Virus record (IMG/VR): IMGVR_UViG_3300033146_003395
Coordinates: 17,736 to 81,735 of that record
Origin: a virus
Length of the DNA: 64,000 bases
Direction: 5' to 3' (one strand)
In this document: one piece after another, positions 30,088 to 39,370 of the stretch
How positions within the stretch are numbered: the stretch's first letter is position 1
Layout: each line of letters opens with the position of its first letter
Notes under the pieces: generated by a model
What the model was told of the DNA's origin: nothing
Seen by the model: only the letters and a program-made list of their open reading frames with translations
The model's database searches: none
Translations under genes and position numbers: made by a program

Positions 30088-30329
30088 TGAAAGAACAATA
30101 TCAAGAAACGTGGCAAAGAAAATGGGGATTTAGTAAACTAGAATTTCACCCACTATTACTAGCAGCAGTATTCGGATTTACTGGATTATTTCTTGGTAAA
30201 GTATATTTTGATATGGCTTTATTATTTTTATTCTACACTGTAGTGTATTTCATTATAGATGTTGTATTAATTGGTGCCAGAATATTCTGGGCAGGTTATA
30301 AAGAAATGAAAAAAGATACTGAGATTTAA
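30087..30329 (+). CDS. hypothetical membrane protein
   Basis: GTG start after AAGGAG; two TM segments. Confidence 0.6.
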   Translation: MKEQYQETWQRKWGFSKLEFHPLLLAAVFGFTGLFLGKVYFDMALLFLFYTVVYFIIDVVLIGARIFWAGYKEMKKDTEI

Positions 30330-30379
30330 TCTCGGTCTAATAATATTATAGTATAATAATATAAACAGGCAGGAATGAA

Positions 30380-31783
30380 ATGGACGAAATAATCTACCTA
30401 TGTATGGGATATTTTGAAGCAAAAGGTGCAAATTTTATTACAAACACTGGAAAAGCTGTTCAAGTAGAATATCAAAATGATAACTCATGGTTTTGGTACA
30501 GTGATTACCCATATAAATTGCATCACCATGATAAGTGGAAATCAATTGATGCTTTCTCTGAAATCACGAAACTTAAAGAACATAAAAAATTATGGCAAAT
30601 TAAGTGTGACCAAGATATGACAGATTTACTACAATCTGACGAGCAGGAGTTCTATCAGATTCAGGTCGATACACAAGACTTAACTGCTCATTCAAAAGAT
30701 GTAAGTTGTTTCCTAGAAAATTATAATATACTAAAAGTTAAGTCTCCAATGGCTACAAGAAAATCTAACATTATTGAAGAGACAATTAAACAGTGTAACA
30801 CACAAAATAAAAGTGTACTGTTTATTACAAATAGGGTTTCACTTTCTCACGATATAGCTGACAAATATGCTCAATATGGACTTAAGCATTATCAGAAAAG
30901 AGAGTACAATAAAGGTGATAATCTTGTTGTACAATTTGACTCGTTATTTTATTATAATCCAGATGATTTTGATGTTGTTATTTTAGATGAGGTCTCATCA
31001 CTAATTTTATATATGACTGATACTTATCAAGGTAAAGAAGAAAGATTTAACGATAACCTGAATACTTTTTCAGCCTTAAAAACTAAGCAGTTCTTAATAT
31101 TAGATGCTTTCATTATTAACTTTCCTTTTCATGGGAAAACTCTAGGAATTTATAACAAGTTTAGAGAAGAGCTGCAAGTAATTGAGTACTCAGATAAACC
31201 AAATTTTGAGGCTAAGATTGTTCGTGAAACTGGTAAAGGTTTAATCTCAGTGTCAAGCAATGAGAAAAGATTCTTAACTAATTTAGAAGCTAAACTCAGA
31301 AAACGCGGTTATAAAGTTTTAATGTTAACAGGTGACACAAAAGATAAGCCCAGGGTTTATAAAACGCTAGAAATGCGAACCATTCCTTATGATGCAATTC
31401 TGTATAGTCCAACATTAACAGTTGGTGTAAGTATTTTCGCTGAGATTAAACATCATTTTCACTATGATAACTCAGGAACTATATCAGTGATTGACTCTAT
31501 GCAAATGACCAGAAGAGTTAGGAATGCTAAAGAACTTCACTATTTTATCAGAGGTAGAGCATCATATAAAGCAACAGATATTAACAATATTGAACGTAAT
31601 TTAAAAGAGTTCAGAATTATGAATGAGTATGGTGTAACTTTCGGGATTACTAATACTGGTAAAATGCTAGCCGAATTTAGAAGGACTAAAAATATCCTAG
31701 CAAATTCTCACAAGTATGCTTTCCGTTCATTATTGTTATATCAATTTAAAGCAGTAACTTATAATAATCAGAGGGTTTATTAA
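30380..31783 (+). CDS. SF2 helicase-like / origin-binding-protein-like protein
   Basis: KSPMATRKS (degenerate Walker A), ILDEVSS, YSPTLTVGVS, QMTRRVR. Confidence 0.7.
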   Translation: MDEIIYLCMGYFEAKGANFITNTGKAVQVEYQNDNSWFWYSDYPYKLHHHDKWKSIDAFSEITKLKEHKKLWQIKCDQDMTDLLQSDEQEFYQIQVDTQDLTAHSKDVSCFLENYNILKVKSPMATRKSNIIEETIKQCNTQNKSVLFITNRVSLSHDIADKYAQYGLKHYQKREYNKGDNLVVQFDSLFYYNPDDFDVVILDEVSSLILYMTDTYQGKEERFNDNLNTFSALKTKQFLILDAFIINFPFHGKTLGIYNKFREELQVIEYSDKPNFEAKIVRETGKGLISVSSNEKRFLTNLEAKLRKRGYKVLMLTGDTKDKPRVYKTLEMRTIPYDAILYSPTLTVGVSIFAEIKHHFHYDNSGTISVIDSMQMTRRVRNAKELHYFIRGRASYKATDINNIERNLKEFRIMNEYGVTFGITNTGKMLAEFRRTKNILANSHKYAFRSLLLYQFKAVTYNNQRVY

Positions 31784-31821
31784 TCCTCTGAATCCTCTAA
31801 TTCTTTTTAAAACTTAAGGTA

Positions 31822-31866
31822 TTTAAGCTCCGTTTAATGTAAAACATGGTATAATATAGTATATAA
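31822..31866 (+). promoter_or_regulatory. early promoter repeat 6
   Basis: Same consensus. Confidence 0.8.
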
Positions 31867-31884
31867 AGAAAAGAAGGATAAATT

Positions 31885-32220
31885 ATGGAAGCTAAAATAT
31901 TACATTTTAACGATACAATCCGTAGAGATATAAACGGAGCTGGAAGTAGATTAGAACTTAAATCATTAGCCTTTGAGGGTTATTTAAACTTAGGTTATAA
32001 TACAGTTGCTAGAGTCCTGGTATCTGGTAATACTGATGAGATCTTAAGAAATTCATTTAAACTTACAAATTCATTCGATACTTTCTGGGGAGATAATGCA
32101 GATGTAACTTGTTATAATCCTAAATGTCGTTCAACTTCAGTTGGTGATTTAATCCAGGTAGGAAATGAAATTCATATTGTTGCATCAGCAGGATTTGAAT
32201 ATCTTTGTGAGGTAAAATAA
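31885..32220 (+). CDS. hypothetical protein (RSTSVGD motif, possibly YodL-like)
   Basis: RBS after promoter; motif only. Confidence 0.6.
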   Translation: MEAKILHFNDTIRRDINGAGSRLELKSLAFEGYLNLGYNTVARVLVSGNTDEILRNSFKLTNSFDTFWGDNADVTCYNPKCRSTSVGDLIQVGNEIHIVASAGFEYLCEVK

Positions 32221-32927
32221 TGCAAGAATTAGACACTTATAATAAATACGTTAAAGAGTACGCTCATTTATTTGATAGAGATTTTGAAGGTGGTTTAAGT
32301 AACCCTGAGATTATTGAGCTTGCTAATGCTGTTAAACAAGTAAATTATATGATTAATAATAAGGCAAAAAATCTTAGAAATATTTACGATTACCAAAAGA
32401 AATGTTTAACATTTCCAGAGTATGATGAAAGACATAGCAAAACATTTAAGGGATATGGTAGAATATATTTTGATAGATTTGTTGAAAATATTAATTCAGT
32501 AAATTTCTTTGAATTGCTTACATCAAAACGTAAGAAAAATTCTAATATCATTTTTAAAACAGATAATCATAGAGATGAATTTAATGCTAAAACATTTAGT
32601 GATATGTTTAATCAATTCAAATTAATTTGTGATGAGTATGATGATTATTTTAATAACCAAGAATTTTATATTAAGAGATTCTTAGATACTGGTGATTCTA
32701 CTAAAGATAAAGTAGTATCTTATGATAGACAATCACTTTATATTGGATATTTTGACGAGAGTGCAGCAGATATTTCTGGACTAGTTTATAATATTAACCA
32801 TGATAAGGATAGTGTTTTCGATTTTCATACAGTAGAATTTTCAGTTCCTTTAGAAAAAATAGATAACAAATATTATCAAGGTCTAAATGATTACATGAAA
32901 AACTTTTTTCCAGAGTATATAGTATGA
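32220..32927 (+). CDS. PEYFV-tag family protein (FPEYIV)
   Basis: Tag. Confidence 0.75.
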   Translation: MQELDTYNKYVKEYAHLFDRDFEGGLSNPEIIELANAVKQVNYMINNKAKNLRNIYDYQKKCLTFPEYDERHSKTFKGYGRIYFDRFVENINSVNFFELLTSKRKKNSNIIFKTDNHRDEFNAKTFSDMFNQFKLICDEYDDYFNNQEFYIKRFLDTGDSTKDKVVSYDRQSLYIGYFDESAADISGLVYNINHDKDSVFDFHTVEFSVPLEKIDNKYYQGLNDYMKNFFPEYIV

Positions 32928-33187
32928 TTAAAAACCCAACAGAACAACAATTGCAAGCTTTAGATTTTAATGTTATTGTATATATTACAGTCCGTAAAGA
33001 AAAGATTAAGTGTTTCTCTGGAAATTCATTACCAGATAATCTAAGAGGTACAACTTTTAAAGCATCTCGCACTGGCTCACATACAATACAACCTAATAAA
33101 CCATTAGGTGGATATTGGCATGACATTGTAGCTGAGCAGATAGAAGAGATTTATACTAAGGATGAAGATACTGAGTATTTTGTATGA
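32924..33187 (+). CDS. PEYFV-tag family protein (DTEYFV)
   Basis: ATGA overlap; tag. Confidence 0.7.
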   Translation: MIKNPTEQQLQALDFNVIVYITVRKEKIKCFSGNSLPDNLRGTTFKASRTGSHTIQPNKPLGGYWHDIVAEQIEEIYTKDEDTEYFV

Positions 33188-33540
33188 TTAAAGAATGGGA
33201 CCAATATCACCAGTATTTTTATACCCCTACAGATATTAATAATATCAAACCTGGTGATGTAATTTACAGAATCAAAATAAAAATGATGGACTATATTGAA
33301 GAGACTTATAGAGTCCTAGAAATTGATGAAAATGGTTTACATTCAAGAGCTATAATCTGTAATATGTTTGATGGTCCAGTGGAGAAAGTGGCCTTAGGCA
33401 TACTTCCAAGGTTTTATATAACGTACGAACAGATAGTTGAACATAATGTAAATCTAGCAAGGGATGGGTTTCCGTGGGATAGACCATACAATTTAATAGT
33501 AAAAGGGGACCAGTTAGAATTCCCTGAATATTATATATAA
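33184..33540 (+). CDS. PEYFV-tag family protein (FPEYYI)
   Basis: ATGA overlap; tag. Confidence 0.75.
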   Translation: MIKEWDQYHQYFYTPTDINNIKPGDVIYRIKIKMMDYIEETYRVLEIDENGLHSRAIICNMFDGPVEKVALGILPRFYITYEQIVEHNVNLARDGFPWDRPYNLIVKGDQLEFPEYYI

Positions 33541-33548
33541 GGATTAAA

Positions 33549-33797
33549 ATGAAAACAGTAGATGTATTACTAGAAGACCAAGATTTTATGGATAAGTATT
33601 GTACAGCATCAATTAGTGCACATTTTTGGAAATCAGACCATAGAATAGTAATAAACAAACACCTAGTGGGAAAAGGTTTATTAAACTGTAGAATGATAAG
33701 TGTAAGACTTTTAGAAACACTAGATGGATATCAATTTGATTGGAAATTCGTTAAGCAAGAAATTAACCAGTTAGAATTCCCTGAATATTACGTATAA
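33549..33797 (+). CDS. PEYFV-tag family protein (FPEYYV)
   Basis: RBS; tag. Confidence 0.75.
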   Translation: MKTVDVLLEDQDFMDKYCTASISAHFWKSDHRIVINKHLVGKGLLNCRMISVRLLETLDGYQFDWKFVKQEINQLEFPEYYV

Positions 33798-33814
33798 ATA
33801 ACAAAAGGATTAAA

Positions 33815-33988
33815 ATGCAAGGATTAAGTATAGATGTTAAAGACATCGAAAAGTTAAGTGATGAGGAGATGGAGAAGTTATTTGAAGTCTTAGATATAGT
33901 AGAAGAAATTACAGTTACTAATGGTGCTACACCTGTTTCTAAATTATTGAGTGTAGAGTATTACAATATATTAATGGAGGGAATGTAA
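33815..33988 (+). CDS. hypothetical 57-aa protein, not in ORF track
   Basis: TATAAATA at 33793, AAGGA RBS, TAATG overlap with next gene. Confidence 0.65.
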   Translation: MQGLSIDVKDIEKLSDEEMEKLFEVLDIVEEITVTNGATPVSKLLSVEYYNILMEGM

Positions 33989-34257
33989 TGAAACAATTAC
34001 AACTAGATTTAAACATTGATTTAATCACAATGCAATGTAAACCAGATGATAACTTTGAGATTTATAGTTATATAGATTTTAATCGTAAAAAATTAGAAGT
34101 CTATGTTAATGATGAGCAACCAATTAAAATTAATATTGAGAAGCTTGCAAAAAAGCGTTTAAATATTAAGAATTTCTGGGATAAAGTTCAAGACGTAAAA
34201 TTCCAAGTGGATTTTACTAAAGAGGAATTCGCAGCAATTTATTATATAAAGGATTAA
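33988..34257 (+). CDS. hypothetical protein
   Basis: GGAGG RBS. Confidence 0.65.
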   Translation: MKQLQLDLNIDLITMQCKPDDNFEIYSYIDFNRKKLEVYVNDEQPIKINIEKLAKKRLNIKNFWDKVQDVKFQVDFTKEEFAAIYYIKD

Positions 34258-34259
34258 TA

Positions 34260-34571
34260 ATGGAAATAAGAATACAATATAGAACAAGTACGCATGAGGG
34301 TGATGACTTTTTTGATAGCACAGCCGAAGCGATTGAGTATCTAATGGGATTAGAGGCAGAAATAGAAGAAGAAATTGCAGCAGATGAAGAAGAATATATG
34401 ACAGAATCTGAAGAAGAAGAATTTGCGTGCTTACCAGATAGAGTAAGTGTTTCTAAAGTACAAAGAAGTTATAACAAAACTACTATAGAAGTTGAACTAG
34501 CAGAATATAAAGAAAACGGTTTTGAAATTACGTATGAAGGTAAAACGGGTTATACACTGGAGAGAAAATGA
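34260..34571 (+). CDS. hypothetical very acidic protein
   Basis: RBS; Glu-rich. Confidence 0.65.
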   Translation: MEIRIQYRTSTHEGDDFFDSTAEAIEYLMGLEAEIEEEIAADEEEYMTESEEEEFACLPDRVSVSKVQRSYNKTTIEVELAEYKENGFEITYEGKTGYTLERK

Positions 34572-34939
34572 TTGTTAAAATCAGTACATACAAAAACCGA
34601 AAAGGCTTAGCGGAGCTTTTAATACCTGAACTTCCGTTTTATGTGCTGGATAAAGAGGAAGATGAGCCTAGTCATTATTTTAAAGCCGTTTCAATGTCTA
34701 AGAAATATTACTGGGATACACCTTATAAATTAGATAAGAATGGCCAGAATTTTCATAGCGGAAACTCTAAAAAACTTGCAGTCATGGCTGGACAAGAAAT
34801 TTACAAGACTGTAGAAGAAGTCCAGAATGCTTTAATTAAAAGAAAAGTAGAAACAGTAAAAGAATTGTTTCCAGAAATTTTATATCTTTATAATGATTAT
34901 ACAAAATTCATGGAAGAATACCCAGAGCATTTTCTATAA
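34568..34939 (+). CDS. PEYFV-tag family protein (YPEHFL)
   Basis: ATGA overlap; tag. Confidence 0.7.
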   Translation: MIVKISTYKNRKGLAELLIPELPFYVLDKEEDEPSHYFKAVSMSKKYYWDTPYKLDKNGQNFHSGNSKKLAVMAGQEIYKTVEEVQNALIKRKVETVKELFPEILYLYNDYTKFMEEYPEHFL

Positions 34940-34958
34940 ATAAACTAAAAGGAACACT

Positions 34959-35174
34959 ATGACATTTAAATCAATTTTTGAGAACAAGAAATCTGATGTA
35001 GATACTATATACGATTTTATAGAAAAAAGCGAAGATAACGAACAAAAGGTTTGGGATTATGTATCATACGAATTTGATATTTATTATAATGATGGAAATG
35101 ATATAGAAACACTAGATGATTTAATAGAGTTTTTATCTAAGAAACAACTAAAAGAATTAGCTGCTTCTATATAA
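34959..35174 (+). CDS. small acidic late protein, candidate capsid-internal protein
   Basis: TATAAATA at 34935; N-terminus MTFKSIFE. Confidence 0.55.
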   Translation: MTFKSIFENKKSDVDTIYDFIEKSEDNEQKVWDYVSYEFDIYYNDGNDIETLDDLIEFLSKKQLKELAASI

Positions 35175-35924
35175 GCTATCGTTATAGTCTATCATGAATT
35201 TCGTTAATTCATGACTTTTGATACTTTCAAAAGATGCTAAATCTTTTGGGAGACAAGCTCCATCAAATCCTCTAACTCCATCCATACCAACTTGAGTATT
35301 TTCACCTAGTGGAATATTCTCTAACATCTGAGCAAGCTTACGAGCATTACCCGTACGGTCTTGTACAAATTCCCAGAATAAAACTTTATAAGCCGAGTAG
35401 ATATTTCTGATGTATTTAAAATCTGATGCTAGCTCTTTAGTAGTACACTCAAATTCAATTTCTGCTGTATTTAATATAGTATCACTTTTATAAAACATTT
35501 TAGCTTTTCTGATAAAATCTATATCTCCACCTAACACAATATAATCCTGTAAAGCGAAATCATTAACTGCTGTATTCGCATTCAAGAATTCTGGATTATA
35601 TACGAAATTAAAATTTGGGGGAATTGCCTCTTTTGGTAAAGTACTTTTAATTAATACTAATCCATTAAAATCTTTTATATCTTTATATACAGATAAGAAT
35701 TGCGATATATTACAACTACCGTCTGAATTTTCTGGTGTTCCCACACAAACTATTATAGTTTTTATTCTACTTCCACCGAATCCTTCTTTTTCTGCAATTA
35801 AATCTTGGAATCTTTCATCTTTAGTTGTAGTACCTCTTTTAGGGTCGACTATTATTACTTCATCATGTTTAATTACACTGTGAACAGCTTGACCCACAAA
35901 CCCATATCCAATTATAGCTATCAT
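35157..35924 (-). CDS. UDP-glucose/GDP-mannose dehydrogenase family protein (short form)
   Basis: IIGYGFVG, VCVGTP, IKST, YNPEFL, GFDGACLPKD. Confidence 0.88.
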   Translation of the reverse strand: MIAIIGYGFVGQAVHSVIKHDEVIIVDPKRGTTTKDERFQDLIAEKEGFGGSRIKTIIVCVGTPENSDGSCNISQFLSVYKDIKDFNGLVLIKSTLPKEAIPPNFNFVYNPEFLNANTAVNDFALQDYIVLGGDIDFIRKAKMFYKSDTILNTAEIEFECTTKELASDFKYIRNIYSAYKVLFWEFVQDRTGNARKLAQMLENIPLGENTQVGMDGVRGFDGACLPKDLASFESIKSHELTKFMIDYNDSLYRSS

Positions 35925-36472
35925 ATTAAATCCTCTATTGCTTTTCTAGAGCCATCATAAATTTTAGTGACTCCATTTTTCTTAACTATCCCTCTTTGAA
36001 TCTCACACATATAATTGTATGGCTCACAAAAATCTTTAATCTTTATATTATGCTTTTTGAATTCGCTGAACATTTTTTTACAGTCTTGATTAATTAGAGT
36101 AAATCTTTCTCTGAGTCCTTTAGTTTCCCAAAGTTTCAGATGATTATGACCGTGCCCACCAATGAAGCAGAAAGGAGAATTTTGTATTTCTTTAATTTCA
36201 GTCCAACTCATATAATCACTATAGTCGCCTGTAAAAGCATTGATATGAGCATCAGAGCATTTAATAAATTCTTCAGAAGCTTGTACTGTTTCTGGTCTGA
36301 TAATTGCAGTAGAAATAAAAAATATTTTTATTGTACTGAGAGTTTTCAAGAATTCTAGGGCTCTATACTGGCTCACTAGCCCATCATCGAAGCTGAGGAT
36401 AAAATTTTCTAAGGTATCTTTCATATCGTAGAATTTATCGTCCCACTCATGTATCATTAAAACTTGTTTCAT
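35921..36472 (-). CDS. polysaccharide deacetylase (NodB/CE4) family protein
   Basis: LSFDDG, MSWTEIKE, IGGHGHNH, EPY. Confidence 0.85.
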   Translation of the reverse strand: MKQVLMIHEWDDKFYDMKDTLENFILSFDDGLVSQYRALEFLKTLSTIKIFFISTAIIRPETVQASEEFIKCSDAHINAFTGDYSDYMSWTEIKEIQNSPFCFIGGHGHNHLKLWETKGLRERFTLINQDCKKMFSEFKKHNIKIKDFCEPYNYMCEIQRGIVKKNGVTKIYDGSRKAIEDLI

Positions 36473-36531
36473 ATACTATTATAACTAATTAAGATTAAAC
36501 TAGTATTAAAATATATTAAATTCTTTTCAAA

Positions 36532-36576
36532 TTTAAGCTCGGTTTAATGTTAAACATGGTATAATATAGTATATAA
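36532..36576 (+). promoter_or_regulatory. early promoter repeat 7
   Basis: Same consensus. Confidence 0.8.
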
Positions 36577-36586
36577 AGGATAAAAC

Positions 36587-36670
36587 ATGAAATTAACAGC
36601 ATTACAAATAGCAATGCAAATGCCTCGCCGTAGAGGTGATGTATCAGAATCAGGTCGTGATGGTAACTAA
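36587..36670 (+). CDS. 27-aa mini-ORF
   Basis: AAGGA RBS directly after early promoter. Confidence 0.45.
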   Translation: MKLTALQIAMQMPRRRGDVSESGRDGN

Positions 36671-36713
36671 GTTTATCATCTTAATAAAAACTAAAATAAA
36701 AGAAGGAGTTCTT

Positions 36714-36788
36714 ATGAACTACATTTACAACAAAGCATTAACACTAGCACTATTTTTAAGTTACTTAGGTTATACTTACTTTCAGTAA
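36714..36788 (+). CDS. 24-aa hydrophobic mini-ORF
   Basis: AAGGAG RBS; MNYIYNKALTLALFLSYLGYTYFQ. Confidence 0.5.
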   Translation: MNYIYNKALTLALFLSYLGYTYFQ

Positions 36789-36796
36789 GAGATAAA

Positions 36797-37021
36797 ATGG
36801 ATATTAAAAACAACCGAGTTTATCGCTTAGAAATAGGTGATAATGAAACATTGGTATATACAGTTAAACAAGTAGCAGAAACCTTATGGGATTGTCAGAT
36901 ACTTGAAACTGGCAATAATATGTATCTGAATAAAGGTGAAATAGGTCGATTTGATATTGGGTGGTTCGCTGAAGAATTAGGTACTAAAGCAGAATATGAG
37001 GAGTATTTCGTATTTTTATAA
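36797..37021 (+). CDS. PEYFV-tag family protein (EEYFV + FL)
   Basis: Tag with 2-aa extension at endonuclease junction. Confidence 0.65.
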   Translation: MDIKNNRVYRLEIGDNETLVYTVKQVAETLWDCQILETGNNMYLNKGEIGRFDIGWFAEELGTKAEYEEYFVFL

Positions 37022-37040
37022 ATATATTATAAGGATAAAA

Positions 37041-37931
37041 ATGCCTAAGAAGAAAACGCAAGAAGATTATTTATTAGAATTAATTAATAAGTCAATATAT
37101 ATAATTCCATTAGAGACATATATTAACTTTAATACAAAGATTTTACATAAATGTATATGCGGAAATGAATGGGAAGTTATGCCTAAGTTAATATTAAGAG
37201 GTGTTTTATGTGGGTGTAAAGGTACGGCTAAACCAAATACTAATAATTGGTATTTAAATAAGCTTATAAAAAACAAAATAACTGTTATTCCATTAGAGGC
37301 GTATATTAACTCTAATACAAAGATTTTACATAAATGTATATGTGGAAATAAGTGGTTTATTACCCCAAACGATATAATAAAAGGGGTAAAGTGTGGGTGT
37401 ATTAATGGTTTATCCCAAATTAAATCAAACAAATGGTATCTAGAAAAATTAGAAGAAAAAGATATAAAAGTAATACCATTAGAACCTTATATTAAATCAA
37501 GGACTAAAATTTTACATAAGTGTTACTGTAATAATGAATGGTTAGGTAGACCAATGGATGTGCTAAAAGGAATGGGCTGTGGATGTAAACGTAACTATTC
37601 TTTAAGAGGTGTAGAATTTTATAGAGGTAAGAAAACAATCTTATATTATATAAAAATTAAAGGATTGAATAACGAAGATTTATATAAAATCGGTGTTACT
37701 TTATATAAAGAATCAATAGAAAAAAGTTTAAAGAAAAGATTCTATAGACAAGAATATGAGATTATACAGACTGATATTTTCAAAGATGGTAGCGAAGCGT
37801 TCACATTAGAACAACAGATATTAGAATTTAACAGAGAATACAGATATTTAGGCGAGAAAGTTCTTAAATCTGGAAATACTGAATTATTTATTAAGGATAT
37901 AACGTATGAAAAAAGTACCCAAAAAAACTGA
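37041..37931 (+). CDS. putative homing endonuclease, paralog of 19057..19920
   Basis: Same Zn-ribbon repeats and C-terminal domain; TATAAATA at 37017; AAGGA RBS before ATG 37041. Confidence 0.7.
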   Translation: MPKKKTQEDYLLELINKSIYIIPLETYINFNTKILHKCICGNEWEVMPKLILRGVLCGCKGTAKPNTNNWYLNKLIKNKITVIPLEAYINSNTKILHKCICGNKWFITPNDIIKGVKCGCINGLSQIKSNKWYLEKLEEKDIKVIPLEPYIKSRTKILHKCYCNNEWLGRPMDVLKGMGCGCKRNYSLRGVEFYRGKKTILYYIKIKGLNNEDLYKIGVTLYKESIEKSLKKRFYRQEYEIIQTDIFKDGSEAFTLEQQILEFNREYRYLGEKVLKSGNTELFIKDITYEKSTQKN

Positions 37932-38142
37932 TTTTGTTCTAGCTGCCAATAAAGAAGTATATCTTTATTGGGGTGGTGTAGCAGGCGGAGAAGCAATTAT
38001 CGTAAAAGATAGAAATCAGTTCACTACACAAATGGCTAATAAATATATTGTAGCTACTTGCACTGTTCAAGATGTACAAAACCACGGCTATGATTCAGCT
38101 AATGAATATTTCTCAGAACAATATCCCGAGATGTTTGTATGA
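37906..38142 (+). CDS. PEYFV-tag family protein (YPEMFV)
   Basis: Tag. Confidence 0.75.
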   Translation: MKKVPKKTDFVLAANKEVYLYWGGVAGGEAIIVKDRNQFTTQMANKYIVATCTVQDVQNHGYDSANEYFSEQYPEMFV

Positions 38143-38474
38143 AAATAAATTCAGAAATTAACACAGGTAAATTATTTGTCTTAAAATCTAAAGAATATTG
38201 CACCAATAATAATTATCTTTTTGATGAAGACAATGATTGTTTCCTTAACAAAGAAGAACATCTATTTTGGTTTAATAGTACAATAGATGAAATTTGTCAA
38301 GTAGGATTTATTGATGTTAATTGTTATGGGAAAATCGTTGAGGTTTTTAACGTAGTTACCGGAGACCAAATAAATTTGTGTTACCGTGTAAATAATGCAG
38401 CTGATTATTCAATAATTGATGATTGGATGGGAAAATATGTTGACCCAGAAAAAGAACCGGAGTATTTTGTATGA
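38139..38474 (+). CDS. PEYFV-tag family protein (EPEYFV)
   Basis: ATGA overlap; tag. Confidence 0.75.
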   Translation: MKINSEINTGKLFVLKSKEYCTNNNYLFDEDNDCFLNKEEHLFWFNSTIDEICQVGFIDVNCYGKIVEVFNVVTGDQINLCYRVNNAADYSIIDDWMGKYVDPEKEPEYFV

Positions 38475-38686
38475 CAAATTTTCAAAAGAAAATAATTGGT
38501 GCAATTTTTTATAAAAGACCTGCAAAAAGAGGAAACTTATTAGTAAGTTATATGGCTGAGCATGAGAAATATTATGAATGTCTCTATGCTACAGGTGCGA
38601 CTTATCTTATAGAAAAAGATGACGTGATATGGGTTGGAGAATCTGAAGAACAATTTAAAGATGAGCACCCGGAGTATTTTGTATGA
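38471..38686 (+). CDS. PEYFV-tag family protein (HPEYFV), tandem paralog of next gene
   Basis: IFYKR..RG...EKYYEC...IEKD.V.WVG.S.EQF. Confidence 0.75.
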   Translation: MTNFQKKIIGAIFYKRPAKRGNLLVSYMAEHEKYYECLYATGATYLIEKDDVIWVGESEEQFKDEHPEYFV

Positions 38687-38895
38687 AAACAGATTTTATG
38701 ACAATAGGGTATATCTTTTATAAGAGGACAAATGATAGAGGCACAAGGTTATCAAAATATATTAATGAATTTGAAAAACATTATGAATGTGCTTTTATAA
38801 CTGGTGGAAGTTATATGATTGAAAAAGATACTGTTCTATGGGTTGGAAAATCTGTAGAACAATTCGAAGAAGAAAATGCAGAGTACCTAATATGA
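38683..38895 (+). CDS. PEYFV-tag family protein (NAEYLI)
   Basis: Paralog of previous gene. Confidence 0.75.
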   Translation: MKTDFMTIGYIFYKRTNDRGTRLSKYINEFEKHYECAFITGGSYMIEKDTVLWVGKSVEQFEEENAEYLI

Positions 38896-39128
38896 AATTA
38901 ACTAGAATGAAAAAAGTTGAAGATATTTACGAAAAAGATTATTGTCTTGTTAACGATGAGTTATTTTGTGTTACTAGTGTTTATTCAGGATTTAATAACA
39001 CTATAATTATGGCTTATAATGAAGAATCTCATAAATATCAGCCATCGCTTTCTGAGGTTCAATATAACTTTGGACCAGGAACTAGTTTTGAAGATATTAA
39101 AAGAGTATTTGCGGAGTATTTTGTATGA
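38892..39128 (+). CDS. PEYFV-tag family protein (FAEYFV)
   Basis: Start moved to ATGA overlap. Confidence 0.7.
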   Translation: MKLTRMKKVEDIYEKDYCLVNDELFCVTSVYSGFNNTIIMAYNEESHKYQPSLSEVQYNFGPGTSFEDIKRVFAEYFV

Positions 39129-39370
39129 AAACAGATAAAGGTCAAAATTTCTATGCCTTAGAGTACAATGATACTGAGTGGATGACACAAAACGGTTTGG
39201 TATTAGAAATTAAAGATATGGACAAAATGCATGTGTTTAATAGTGTAAGGTTACTGCAAAGACGTAACAAAATTTTAGAACAAAGTGGGGAAGAACTCTA
39301 CAAAATTCCTAGGTTATTAATAGCTTCTTACGAAAAATTTGAAGATGAGATGCCGGAGTATTTTGTATGA
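39125..39370 (+). CDS. PEYFV-tag family protein (MPEYFV)
   Basis: ATGA overlap; tag. Confidence 0.75.
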   Translation: MKTDKGQNFYALEYNDTEWMTQNGLVLEIKDMDKMHVFNSVRLLQRRNKILEQSGEELYKIPRLLIASYEKFEDEMPEYFV

